From the NCBI GenBank assembly GCA_044223005.1, contig JBGAML010000019.1, forward strand, positions 37,501-101,500: a DNA stretch of 64,000 bases, read 5' to 3'. Positions 39,164-48,877 of the stretch are shown here, piece by piece. Made by a program: the position numbers and the translations under genes. The stretch's first letter is position 1. Every line of letters starts with the position of its first letter. This stretch comes from Candidatus Eiseniibacteriota bacterium (GTDB lineage Bacteria > Eisenbacteria > RBG-16-71-46). Below the pieces are notes generated by a model that searched no databases, had not been told where the DNA came from, and saw nothing but the letters and a program-made list of their open reading frames with translations.

Positions 39164-42100
39164 ATGCGCCCTCTCCAGTCACGGCCGCTCCGCCGCCTCG
39201 CCGTCATGCCGATCGCGCTGTGCGCGCTCGCCGTGGCCGCCCACGCGGCCTCGCCGCCCGCACCGGGGCCGTTCGAGCGCGCGCTCGCGGCGGGGGACGC
39301 GACACTCGCCGCGCACGTCGCCGACTCGCTGGTGCGCGCACGCGAGGTGCGGGATCGCTGGGTGCCCGAACGCGCGGCTTCGGCGCTCGACAGTCTCGGC
39401 CGGAAGCTCTTCATGACCGGAACGCCCGAAGCCATGGCCGCGGCGGAGCCGCTGTTCCGTGGCGGACTCGCGCGCCGCGAGCGCGCGTACGGCTCGGATG
39501 ACCCGCGCGTGGCCGGCAGCCTCGCGAACCTGGCGACGTTGCTCGACTACCTCGGCCGCTTCACCGACGCGCTGCCGCTCGCCGAACGCGCGGTCGCGCT
39601 GCGCACGCGGGGATCCGCAGCCGCCACGGCCGAGGCCGCGGCGAGCCTGCGCCAGCTGGGCATGCTGCGTTTCGAGCTGGGCGACTACGCGGGCGCCGGC
39701 GAGCCCATGGAGCGCGCGCTCGCGATCCTCACCGCTCTGCCGGGAGTGGATCCCTCGCGGCTCGCCGACGCGCACAACAACCTCGGCGAGCTCGAGCGCG
39801 TGCGCGATCATCTCGCCGCGGCCGAGGGGCATTTCCGTGCGGGATTGGACCTCGCGCGCGAGCGGCTCGCCGCGGGCGATCCGATGCGGCTCGCGCTCGC
39901 GAACAACCTCGCGGGGCTCTACAAGGATCTCGCGCGCTTCGACGAGGCCGAGCCGCTGCTCGAGGACGTGCTCGCGACGCTCCAGCACTCGGACGATCCG
40001 GGAGCGCTCGCCACGGCGCGCCTGAATCTCGCCGAGGTTCTGCGGCTCCAGGATCGCCCGGAGGTGGCGGAGCCGCTCTATCGGCTCGCACTGGAGGGCG
40101 CGCGCGGGGCGCTGGGCCCGGAGCATCCGGACCTGGTGCCGTTCCTCAACCAGACGGCCGTGTGCGAACAGGTGCTGGGCCGGTTCGCGCGCGCGGATTC
40201 GCTCGACGCCGAGACCGGGTCGATCCTCCTCGCCACCCTCGGGCCGGACCATCCGCTGCTCGCTCAGCACCTGCACGATCGTGCGCGCCGCGAGATCGCC
40301 GCGGGGCGCGCCGCGGACGCCGACTCGTTGCTGCGCCGGGCGCTGGCGATCCGGGAGGCGCGGCTCGGTCCCCGGCACCCCGAGGTCGCGCTCGTGCTCG
40401 TGGACCTCGCGCGCGCACTGCGGCGCGAGCACGCTCGCGGTCACGGGCGCGAAGCGGATTCGCTTCTCGCCCGGTCGCTCGTACTGCTCGAGGCTTCGGG
40501 CGCGTACCCCGACGCGCAGCTGGAGGCGCACGCCGACCGCGCGGAGGCGCTCGCGGCGGCCGGCCGTCTCGCGGACGCGACGGCCGAACAGGGCCTCGCG
40601 CTCGCGCTGCTCGATTCGCTGCGCGTCGTGCGGGGGGGCGACGAGACGCGCGCGGCGTTCGTCGCGGGCCGGCTCGATCTCTTCGACCGCATGGTGCGCT
40701 GGCAGCTCGCGCGGGGGAACGTGGGCGACGCGCTCGCGGCGCACGAGCGGGGCCGGGCGCGCGTGCTGCTCGACGCGCTGGCCGAGAGCGGCGTGGACCT
40801 GCTGGCGGGCGTTCCGGATTCGCTCGCGTCGACGCTGGCGAGCGCGGAACGCGACGCGGAGAGCCGGCTCGCCGCGTCGCAGCGCGCGTTGCAGGACGCG
40901 CAGCGCGATCCCACGCTCGGCGTGCGCGAGCGGCTGGAGCTCACCGCGCGGCTCGGGGCACGGGCCGACTCGGCCTCCGCGGAACTCGCCCAGGTGCGCC
41001 GCCGGATCCGGCACGCGAGTCCGGTCTGGCGAGGCGTGCTCAGCGCCGACGGCCAGCCCGCGTCGACCGAGGCGCTACGGCGCTCGGTCGTGCCGCCCGA
41101 TGGCCTGCTGCTCGTCTATCACGTCGGCGAGCGGGAGAGTGGCGTGTTCGCGCTCGACGCGCGCGGCCGCGTCGAGTACTTCCCGCTCACGCTCGATGCG
41201 ATGTCGGCCGCCCGGTTGGGCGAACGCGCGGGTGCCGTGGGCGCCGAGCTGCTCGAACGCGTCGTCACCGGCGCGCCGGACCGCCCTGGGCTCGCCACGC
41301 TGCTCGCGGGTACGCCGGCGGGCGGTTACGTCCTGTTGCCGCTGCGGTCGCGCACGGGCCCGGACTCGCTCGAGCTGCGACTCGACGCGCTCGCGCGCAT
41401 CGCGCTGCCCGCGCGGCTGCGATCGCGCGTCCTGCGCGCGGCCGAAGTGGCGATCGTTCCGGACGGCGCGCTGGGACTGGTGCCGTTCGAGGCGCTGGTC
41501 GTCGAGCCCCGCGGCCCGGGTCGCGATCGCACGCGCTACTGGCTCGACGCCGGACCGGCGATCGCGTACGGCGCGTCGGCGACGTCGCTGCGCAATCTCG
41601 CGCTCCGGCCCGCACCGCCGCCGCGCACGCCGGGCGTCCCGGACGTGCTCAGCGTGAGCGACGTCGCCTACGGCGCCGCGACCGATTCGGCTCGCGGTGC
41701 GTCACGGGCCGCATCGCGGCGCGCGCGGGCATGGCCCACCTTGCCGGGAACGGCGCGCGAGACGGAGGCGATTCGCACCGCGTTCGGACTGGCACGCGTC
41801 ACGGCGCTCACCGGGGCGGGCGCACAGGAGTTGGCGGTGCGTGCGGCGCTGGACGGACGGCGATTCGTGCACATCGCGACACACGGATTCGCCGAGGACG
41901 CGGGCGGGCACGTGCTCGCGGGGCTCGTCCTCGCGCCCTCGGCGGCCACGACAGGCGGCGCCGCGGCCGACGGCATGCTCGATCTCTTCGAGATCCACCG
42001 CCTGCACCTGGATTGCGAGATCGCCGTGCTCTCGGCATGTGAAACCGCGAAGGGGCCTCGGGTCGCGGGCGAGGGCGCGATGGCGCTCACCCGTGCATTC

Positions 42101-42325
42101 CTCGTCGCGGGTGCGCGTCGCGTGGTGGGGAGCCTGTGGGCCGTGAGCGACGAGTCGAGCGCGGTACTCGTCGGCGGGCTCTTCCAGCGGCTCGCGCGCG
42201 ACGAGCAGGACGGCCGGCCGCTCGAAGCCGCGATCGCGCTGCGTGACGCGCGCCGGGTGGTGCGGGACGACCCGCGCTGGGGCGATCCGTTCTACTGGGC
42301 GCCACTCGTGCTCAGCGGGCGCTGA
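39164..42325 (+). CDS. Exported TPR-CHAT (caspase-like) protease; start approximate
   Basis: Signal peptide ...IALCALAVAAHA and kinesin-light-chain-type TPRs (HNNLG, LGPEHP). CHAT motifs IVPDGALGLVPFEAL, LPGTARE, VHIATHG, VLSACET, VGSLWAVSD and PFYWAP. Confidence 0.92.
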   Translation: MRPLQSRPLRRLAVMPIALCALAVAAHAASPPAPGPFERALAAGDATLAAHVADSLVRAREVRDRWVPERAASALDSLGRKLFMTGTPEAMAAAEPLFRGGLARRERAYGSDDPRVAGSLANLATLLDYLGRFTDALPLAERAVALRTRGSAAATAEAAASLRQLGMLRFELGDYAGAGEPMERALAILTALPGVDPSRLADAHNNLGELERVRDHLAAAEGHFRAGLDLARERLAAGDPMRLALANNLAGLYKDLARFDEAEPLLEDVLATLQHSDDPGALATARLNLAEVLRLQDRPEVAEPLYRLALEGARGALGPEHPDLVPFLNQTAVCEQVLGRFARADSLDAETGSILLATLGPDHPLLAQHLHDRARREIAAGRAADADSLLRRALAIREARLGPRHPEVALVLVDLARALRREHARGHGREADSLLARSLVLLEASGAYPDAQLEAHADRAEALAAAGRLADATAEQGLALALLDSLRVVRGGDETRAAFVAGRLDLFDRMVRWQLARGNVGDALAAHERGRARVLLDALAESGVDLLAGVPDSLASTLASAERDAESRLAASQRALQDAQRDPTLGVRERLELTARLGARADSASAELAQVRRRIRHASPVWRGVLSADGQPASTEALRRSVVPPDGLLLVYHVGERESGVFALDARGRVEYFPLTLDAMSAARLGERAGAVGAELLERVVTGAPDRPGLATLLAGTPAGGYVLLPLRSRTGPDSLELRLDALARIALPARLRSRVLRAAEVAIVPDGALGLVPFEALVVEPRGPGRDRTRYWLDAGPAIAYGASATSLRNLALRPAPPPRTPGVPDVLSVSDVAYGAATDSARGASRAASRRARAWPTLPGTARETEAIRTAFGLARVTALTGAGAQELAVRAALDGRRFVHIATHGFAEDAGGHVLAGLVLAPSAATTGGAAADGMLDLFEIHRLHLDCEIAVLSACETAKGPRVAGEGAMALTRAFLVAGARRVVGSLWAVSDESSAVLVGGLFQRLARDEQDGRPLEAAIALRDARRVVRDDPRWGDPFYWAPLVLSGR

Positions 42326-42344
42326 GCACGAGCGGCACCGGTCC

Positions 42345-43088
42345 TCAGCGCCAGGCGGACTTGAGCGCGCCCCACGAACGCTGCACCACGGGCGTGCCTT
42401 CGACCGTCGTGATGCTGATGGTCAGGTAGTTCGTGTCGAACGGAAAGCGTACGAACTGCGCGTCCCACCACGCGCCGAGATCGTAGCTCGCGCCTTCGAC
42501 CAGCCCGGCCACCGAGATCGAGCTGCTCGCCGTCGCGCCGATCACGGGCGTCGTGGTGCTGGGGCCGATCCCGAGGCTGCCCCCGGTCGCGTCGGTCGCG
42601 GTCTCCACGTTCCGGAGTGCCGAGCGCGCCGTGTTGAAGTAGCCGCCGTGCGCGAGGTCCCAGCCGCGACCCGCCGGGTTGGTGTCGAACCGTTCGAGCA
42701 GGTCGATGGCGAGGCCCGCGCGGTTGAAGTGGAAATAGGGCGTCGGGAGCGGATCGCCGATGTAGCAGCTCTCGAGGCTGGAGCCGGCCGGTGGCGGGGC
42801 GATGTTCGGCGTCACCACCGAGCTCGCCGCGAGGGTCACGTTGTCGATCGACTGTGCCGTCCACGTCGGCACTCCGTGGCCGTCATCGACGTAGACCGTC
42901 GCCGTGAAGGTGATCGTGATCGGCGTCGCCGGGGCGGTGAACGTGACCGCGACGGGGAGAGGGCAATAGAAGCCCTGCGGGAAACGCCGCACCAGCGTCT
43001 TGGGCGGGAGCACGTCCTGGGCGCGCACGGCGAGGGGTGAAAGCAGCAGCGGGAGCGCGAGAACGCACGCGAGCGATGATCGGCGCAA
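42345..43088 (-). CDS. Secreted hypothetical protein with C-terminal TPVVQRSWGALKSAWR tail
   Basis: GGAGG RBS before TTG; signal peptide ...LLLSPLAVRA; Thr-rich beta sequence. Confidence 0.78.
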   Translation of the reverse strand: MRRSSLACVLALPLLLSPLAVRAQDVLPPKTLVRRFPQGFYCPLPVAVTFTAPATPITITFTATVYVDDGHGVPTWTAQSIDNVTLAASSVVTPNIAPPPAGSSLESCYIGDPLPTPYFHFNRAGLAIDLLERFDTNPAGRGWDLAHGGYFNTARSALRNVETATDATGGSLGIGPSTTTPVIGATASSSISVAGLVEGASYDLGAWWDAQFVRFPFDTNYLTISITTVEGTPVVQRSWGALKSAWR

Positions 43089-43330
43089 GGGACACCTCCA
43101 CGGAGAGGACCCGGCCGGGGGACCGGGAAGGACGAGGTCGGGCCTTCCTTGGGAAACGTCAAGGCTAGCGAAGGGCTCGGGCCAGCGTCTACGATGGAAT
43201 CGTGGAAAATGCGATTACCGGCGACGCCACGTGTTGCGACACGCTTCTCCCGGTGTATTCGCGGACGTCGCGCCGGACCACTGCCCCGGGGTGGTGCCGA
43301 ACCGAGTTCCATCCTCCAAGGAAACGTTGC

Positions 43331-43621
43331 ATGTGCCGAAACATTCGTACGCTGCACAATTTCGCTCCCCCCGCCTCGGAGGACGAGATCCGGGCGGCCG
43401 CGCTGCAGTACGTCCGCAAGGTGAGCGGCAGTACGCACCCCTCGCGTGCGAACGAGGCGGTTTTCGCGCGGGCCGTCGACGAGGTCACGCACGCGACGCG
43501 CGAACTCCTCGCGGGCCTCGTGACGACGGCCCCGCCGCGCGACCGCGACCTCGAGGCGGCCCGGGCGCGGGAGCGCTCGCGCCTGCGCTTCGGCTCTCCG
43601 GAAACCCCGCCGAAGGAGTGA
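43331..43621 (+). CDS. DUF2277 family protein
   Basis: MCRNIRTLHNFAPPASEDEIRAAALQYVRKVSG...NEAVFARAV. Confidence 0.88.
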   Translation: MCRNIRTLHNFAPPASEDEIRAAALQYVRKVSGSTHPSRANEAVFARAVDEVTHATRELLAGLVTTAPPRDRDLEAARARERSRLRFGSPETPPKE

Positions 43622-43854
43622 ACCCGGATGCGCTCGGGCGTCCGACCGGTCGTGCCGATCCGCGAGACGCGGTAGATCGTGGCGCTCCACCTCGACACGC
43701 CCTGAGCGAGCGGGCGGACCGTACGTTCCCCCAGGGCGTGGCCGTCTCGAGCCGGGTTCCGGGTGGCCGGGGCCCGCGGGACGGTTGTGATTTCGGCCCC
43801 TCCCGTGGATTTGCCTCCAGTAGTGATCCGTCCCGACCGCCCTGGAGGCCCGCC

Positions 43855-46599
43855 ATGCCACACGATCCCACCCGTCGCCCCGGCCGATTCGCCGTCGTCA
43901 CCGCCGCCGCATCCCTGCTGTCGCTGATGCTGGCGGCGCCCCTCGGTGCCCTCGCGGGACCGCTTTTCGTCCCCGATACGATCGCCGTCACGTACCCCCG
44001 GCTGTTGCGCTCGCCGCGACTCGTCGACTTCGATGCGACGGGACTCCTGGGCGTCGTCGACCATTCGAACGGGGGGGCGGCGGCCCAGGTCTGGCGGCGT
44101 CCGTTCGGGTCGTGGAGCCTCGCGGGCAGCGTGCCCGTCTCCCCGGGTGCGATGCGGTTCGTGCGGTACCAGGGCGACGCGGGCCCGGTGGATCTCGTCT
44201 TCAGCCAGGACGACTTCTCGGTCGGGGGTTCGCTCGGGGTGCTGTACAACGGCGGCGGCAACGCGTTCCAGACCAGCGCGACGCGCCGCGCCGTCGGCGT
44301 GGGCCAGGTCTCGGACATGGTCGGCCCCGTGTTCCTCACGACGGCCGTGGGGACGCACTACTACGTGCTGGGCGCGAGCGACCTGCGCTCCTGGCCCGTG
44401 CGGACCGGAGACGGCGCGATCGTCTTTGCACCGCTGCCCCTGAATCCCGCGACCCCGCCGGTCGTGGAGGTGCTGCCTCATCCGCTGCTGCAGATCACGA
44501 GCGGCGACTTCAACGGCGACGGCCGTCCCGACCTGGCGATCGTCGAACACGATCCGGTGGCCTACACGTTCACCCTCAAGGTGCGGAACGGCACGGCGGG
44601 CGGTGGCTGGACCGCGTGGACGACGCTGCTCAGCAACAACAGCGGCATCCGCGATCTCGATCCGGTGGATGTCGATGGCGACGGCCGCACTGATCTCGTG
44701 ACGAGCCTCTCGGGATTGTCGAACGAAGTGTGGTTCGGCTCGGCGAGCGGCCTCCAGAATCCCACGGCGATTCCGACGGCGTCGCCGTACATCGCGATCA
44801 CGCGCTCGATCTTCATCGACCTGGACGGCGACAGCCGGCCCGAGCTCATCCGCGCGGGGTACAAGGATCTCTATTCCGCCACCGTGCAGGCGTACGGATT
44901 CTGGGTCGCCATGAACGACGGGACTGGCCACTACCTGCCGGACGTGTTCCACGCGCTCGCGCACGACGTCCCTCGCGTGAGCTTCAACTTCGGCCTGTCG
45001 GTGAGCGATTACGACGGGGATGGCCACCTGGACGTCGGGTTCAGCGACAACGTGGAGAACCGCGTCACGTTCTTCCCCGGGGACGGCCACGGCCACTTCC
45101 GCGACGCGCCCCTGACGTTGGATCTCACCGACGACCTCGCCCGCACCGTCGCGACCGGCGACATCGACGGCGACGGCCGGACCGATCTCGCGGTCGGTTT
45201 CGACAGCGACACGACGTCGCTCGCGCTCCTGAGGTCGATCCCCGACGGCGCCTTCGATCCGGCGATCCGGATCGACGCGGGGCAGCACGTCTCGCACGTC
45301 GTGATCGGGCGGGTGACCGACGATCCCGAGCCCGACCTCGTGCTGGGACGCGACGCCGAACCGATCGGGCTGATGTTCGGCGGCGTCGGCATGGCCCTCA
45401 ATCCGATGCAGCTGATGGACCCGTTCGACACCAGCCTCGGCCCGGTCACCCTCGCCGGGCTCGGCGCCAGCCAGCTCGCGCCCGGTTCGACGCCCGCAAT
45501 CGTCGCCGCGATCGACAGCCCGACGGACCCGCACCTGGAGCTGCGGCTGCCGGCACCCTTCGCGTCCTTCGATCCGGAAATCCGCGTTCCGCTGGATGCT
45601 CGTCCCGTCGGCCTCGTGCTGAACGGGCCGGGCACGGACGCGCGCTGGGACGCCATCACCGTGACCACGGGGGAGCCCTGGCCGTACTACGGCCGGGTGC
45701 AGACGTGTCATTTCGATCCGGCGTCGTACGAGACCACGACGCCGATCACGACGTTCCTGGACTTCCCTCCGCGCGAGCATTCCCCGCATCCGTTCGCCCT
45801 GACGCGGTTCGGCGCAGGCACGCCGCGATCGCTTCTGGTGCTCGACGATGGCGGTGTCCTGAACCAGCTCGACGAAGACGGCGGGCTCGGCAACTACTCG
45901 TCCATGGGTTGGGTGACATTGCCCGGTGTCGGGCACGCGGTGGCCGCGGGAGATCTCGACGGAGACGGCATGCAGGACGTCGCGATCGCCTGCCCGGCGC
46001 AGGACCTCGTCGTCGTGCTTACGAATGCGTTGACGCAGGAGTTCGACTACCCCTGCGCCACGCCCGTGGACGTCCAGATCGCGGACATCAATGGCGACCA
46101 CCTCAACGATCTCGTCGTGCTCTCGAGCACGGCGTTCTTCAACAGTCCACCGTCACGTCCGGCGAAGGCACGACCGGCCGGCGCGCGCGGTCGCCGGATC
46201 GAGCCGGTTCGTGTGAGCGTGTCGCCGGCGTTGCGGGCGAGTGCGGCCGGCAGCCGGCTGTTCGCGCTCGCGGGCTCGGGACTGCCGACGACGCTCGCGG
46301 CACCGCCCGCACCGCCGGCGGCGGCGGCGCTCGCATTCGCGGTCTCGCCGAACCCCGCGCGCGGAGCGGCGCATCTCGGCTTCTCGCTGCCGGCCGCACA
46401 GCATGCCCGCGTGGAGCTGTTCGACGTCGCCGGGCGCCGGGTCGCGACGCTGTTCGACGGGGTCGCCGCGGCGGGGGCGCATCGCGTGACGTGGGAGGGC
46501 AGGAGCGCCGACGGCGCGCCTGTGGCCGACGGCGTGTACATGGCACGGCTCGCGACCGGGACGTCGAGCGTCACGCGCCGCGTCGTGTGGTTGCACTAG
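43855..46599 (+). CDS. Secreted FG-GAP/VCBS repeat protein with FlgD-Ig/T9SS-like tail
   Basis: GGAGG RBS and signal peptide. Repeats DFNGDGRPD, DVDGDGRTD, DYDGDGHLD, DIDGDGRTD, DLDGDGMQD and DINGDHLND. Tail SPNPARG...LFDVAGRRVATL...WEG...GVYMARL. Confidence 0.87.
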   Translation: MPHDPTRRPGRFAVVTAAASLLSLMLAAPLGALAGPLFVPDTIAVTYPRLLRSPRLVDFDATGLLGVVDHSNGGAAAQVWRRPFGSWSLAGSVPVSPGAMRFVRYQGDAGPVDLVFSQDDFSVGGSLGVLYNGGGNAFQTSATRRAVGVGQVSDMVGPVFLTTAVGTHYYVLGASDLRSWPVRTGDGAIVFAPLPLNPATPPVVEVLPHPLLQITSGDFNGDGRPDLAIVEHDPVAYTFTLKVRNGTAGGGWTAWTTLLSNNSGIRDLDPVDVDGDGRTDLVTSLSGLSNEVWFGSASGLQNPTAIPTASPYIAITRSIFIDLDGDSRPELIRAGYKDLYSATVQAYGFWVAMNDGTGHYLPDVFHALAHDVPRVSFNFGLSVSDYDGDGHLDVGFSDNVENRVTFFPGDGHGHFRDAPLTLDLTDDLARTVATGDIDGDGRTDLAVGFDSDTTSLALLRSIPDGAFDPAIRIDAGQHVSHVVIGRVTDDPEPDLVLGRDAEPIGLMFGGVGMALNPMQLMDPFDTSLGPVTLAGLGASQLAPGSTPAIVAAIDSPTDPHLELRLPAPFASFDPEIRVPLDARPVGLVLNGPGTDARWDAITVTTGEPWPYYGRVQTCHFDPASYETTTPITTFLDFPPREHSPHPFALTRFGAGTPRSLLVLDDGGVLNQLDEDGGLGNYSSMGWVTLPGVGHAVAAGDLDGDGMQDVAIACPAQDLVVVLTNALTQEFDYPCATPVDVQIADINGDHLNDLVVLSSTAFFNSPPSRPAKARPAGARGRRIEPVRVSVSPALRASAAGSRLFALAGSGLPTTLAAPPAPPAAAALAFAVSPNPARGAAHLGFSLPAAQHARVELFDVAGRRVATLFDGVAAAGAHRVTWEGRSADGAPVADGVYMARLATGTSSVTRRVVWLH

Positions 46600-46635
46600 T
46601 CGTTCGCCGATCGCCCGCGAGGCGACCGGAAACTC

Positions 46636-46678
46636 TCGCCGCGGCCAACCCGTTCGGGTGGCCGCGGCGATCTCTTTT
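46636..46678 (+). terminator. Probable intrinsic terminator
   Basis: Stem TCGCCGCGGCC(A)ACCCG-TT-CGGGTGGCCGCGGCGA followed by TCTCTTTT. Confidence 0.7.
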
Positions 46679-46861
46679 CCGCAGGCACCCCGAACGCGAG
46701 GAGGCACGCGGCCGGCGAGTTTCATGGCGATATCGGTTTCCGCCCGCGCCCTTCGCGCGGGGCCCTTTTCGATTGACCGCCCCGGCCCGCTCTGGTGCAC
46801 TGCCACGTCGACCCGGACGTCCACTCGATTGACATCCTCCCGAGACGAGGGCTGCCCCCCC

Positions 46862-48154
46862 ATGCGCCGTGCCGCCGTGCTCCTGCTGGTTGTCGCCACC
46901 CTGAACTGCGTTCGCGCCGAACTCGCCCGGTCCCAGTCCGCCTCCGACAGCTCGCCGGCAGCCGCCTCGCGCGTCGCCGCGGTCTCGCCGTCGAACCGCG
47001 TGCCCACCGGTTCGGACAGCCAGCCGGGCGCCGCCCCGTCGCGCGCCTTCCGGGACGCCGGCGTGTCCGGTGCCGAGGGCGCCGACGCGGCCGGGGACAC
47101 CACGCTCGTCTACTTCACGCCCCAGGACGAGAACACCAGCACGACGGCACTGTTCCTCTACAACACGAATGCGGTTCCGGAGACGGTGAGTTTCCGGACG
47201 TTCTATGTCGACGGCGCACCGACGCTGAACACGACGATCCCGGTGCCTGCGCTGGGAACGGCGCGAGTGTGTGCCGACGCCGTCAGCACGGTCTCGGCGT
47301 CGTGGGCGGGGGCCCCGCTCGTCAACATGACCACCTTCAGCGCGTACGCGCGCATGCGCCTTCCCATCGGCGTCCGGGCCAGTGCCTACGTCGCGTGGGA
47401 CACGACCGGGACGTACGACCCGCTGTCGAGCCTGGAAGTGCTGCCGATCCGCATGAGCCGGCCGTCGACGAAGGCGGACACGCTGACCTTCACGCCCCAG
47501 GACGAGAACACGAGCACGAGCGTGCTATTCCTCTACAACACCACGAACGCGCTCGCCACGGTATCGATCCAGACGTTCGCCATCACCGGTGCGATCACGA
47601 TCAACACCACGGTCGACGTGCCCGCCAACTCGATGGTCCGGATCTGCAGCGACCAGGTCACCACGATCGCTGCCTCCTGGGCCGGGGCCACGCTCGTCAA
47701 CTTCACGACCTTCAGCGCGTACGCGAAGCTCGGCCTGCCGCCCGGGGTGCTGTGCGAGGGGTACGTCGCGTGGAACACCTCCGGCATCTACGACCCTCTG
47801 GCCGTGACCCAGACCCTGCCGCTCGACTTCGTGAGCGGCGCGGCGAGCGTATTCACGCCGCCTCCGGCGCCGGCGTCGGCCCTGGGCACCCTGCGGGCGA
47901 TGCCGAACCCGTCGGCCACCGGGACGCGCGTCGGGTTCTCGCTGTCCCAGTCCGAGGACGCCGTGCTCTCGGTCTACGACTCCGGTGGTCGCCTCGTCCA
48001 GACGCTCGTCCACGGCCGTCTCGGAGCCGGCAACCACGAGTTCGCGTGGGACGGGCGGACCAGCGGAGGCGCCGACGCCGAGAGCGGGATCTACTTCGTC
48101 CGGCTGCACACGCCCTCTCGCGACGCGACCGTCAAGATCGCCGCGGTGAAGTGA
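46862..48154 (+). CDS. Secreted protein with two tandem copies of an unnamed ~120-aa domain and FlgD-Ig/T9SS-like tail
   Basis: Two copies of FTPQDENTSTxxLFLYNT...SWAGAxLVNxTTFSAYA...YVAWxTxGxYDPL. Tail MPNPS...VYDSGGRLVQTL...WDGR...SGIYFVRL. Confidence 0.82.
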   Translation: MRRAAVLLLVVATLNCVRAELARSQSASDSSPAAASRVAAVSPSNRVPTGSDSQPGAAPSRAFRDAGVSGAEGADAAGDTTLVYFTPQDENTSTTALFLYNTNAVPETVSFRTFYVDGAPTLNTTIPVPALGTARVCADAVSTVSASWAGAPLVNMTTFSAYARMRLPIGVRASAYVAWDTTGTYDPLSSLEVLPIRMSRPSTKADTLTFTPQDENTSTSVLFLYNTTNALATVSIQTFAITGAITINTTVDVPANSMVRICSDQVTTIAASWAGATLVNFTTFSAYAKLGLPPGVLCEGYVAWNTSGIYDPLAVTQTLPLDFVSGAASVFTPPPAPASALGTLRAMPNPSATGTRVGFSLSQSEDAVLSVYDSGGRLVQTLVHGRLGAGNHEFAWDGRTSGGADAESGIYFVRLHTPSRDATVKIAAVK

Positions 48155-48197
48155 GCCGGAAACGCCGGCCGGCCGCCGGGTCGGCGTGGTGCGAATG

Positions 48198-48230
48198 CCG
48201 TTGCAACGGTGTTGGCGCCGCGACTAACCT
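48198..48230 (+). promoter_or_regulatory. Candidate promoter/operator for the 48.3-50.9 kb genes
   Basis: Perfect 12-bp palindrome CCGTTGCAACGG containing TTGCAA, with TAACCT 18 nt downstream. Confidence 0.35.
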
Positions 48231-48297
48231 TCGATCCGGCGCGGCCCATTTCGCCGCCCTCTTCACGCCCGACTTCCTGGACCGCCGGAGCCCCCAC

Positions 48298-48852
48298 GTG
48301 AGCCGCCGCGCCGCCGTGACCCTGTTGCTCTGCCTCGTGATGCCGTGTGCGGGCGCTCGCGCCTACACGCTCGGCCCCGCGACGTTCGGTTCGGTCGGCG
48401 GTGTCGGGGCAGGAGGCGCTCACGTGCTCGGCTTCACCGGCGGCCAGCCGGTCACCGGAACGCGCGGCCTCGCGATCGCCCCGCTCACGCAGGAGGGCGC
48501 GGGATTCTGGCGCTGGGCGCACCCGCTCACGCTCGCCACACCGCCGCCGGTCGCGTCGCTGCCGACCTCCTGGGCCGTCGACGCCGCGGCCCCGAATCCG
48601 TTCCAGACCCGCACGGCGCTCCGCTTCGCGATCCCCGGGTCGGCGGGCGACGTGCCGGTGCAGCTGCGTGTCTTCGATCTCTCCGGACGCCTCGTGCGCT
48701 ACGTCGACGCGGGGCTTCGCGGACCCGGCATCCACACGCTGACGTGGGACGGCCGCGACGGTGCGGGACACGCACTCGGTGCCGGAACCTATTTCGCTCG
48801 ATTGACGGTGGGCTCGTTCGCCGCGACGCGGCGGCTCGTCCACGTTCCCTGA
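48298..48852 (+). CDS. Small secreted protein (Gly-rich ...GQP...GFW module) with FlgD-Ig/T9SS-like tail
   Basis: GTG start and signal peptide ...CAGARA. YTLGPATFGSVGGVGAGGAHVLGFTGGQP...AGFW, then APNPF...VFDLSGRLVR...WDGRD...GTYFARL. Confidence 0.78.
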   Translation: MSRRAAVTLLLCLVMPCAGARAYTLGPATFGSVGGVGAGGAHVLGFTGGQPVTGTRGLAIAPLTQEGAGFWRWAHPLTLATPPPVASLPTSWAVDAAAPNPFQTRTALRFAIPGSAGDVPVQLRVFDLSGRLVRYVDAGLRGPGIHTLTWDGRDGAGHALGAGTYFARLTVGSFAATRRLVHVP

Positions 48853-48877
48853 TCCCCACTTCGCCGGAGACTCGCGC

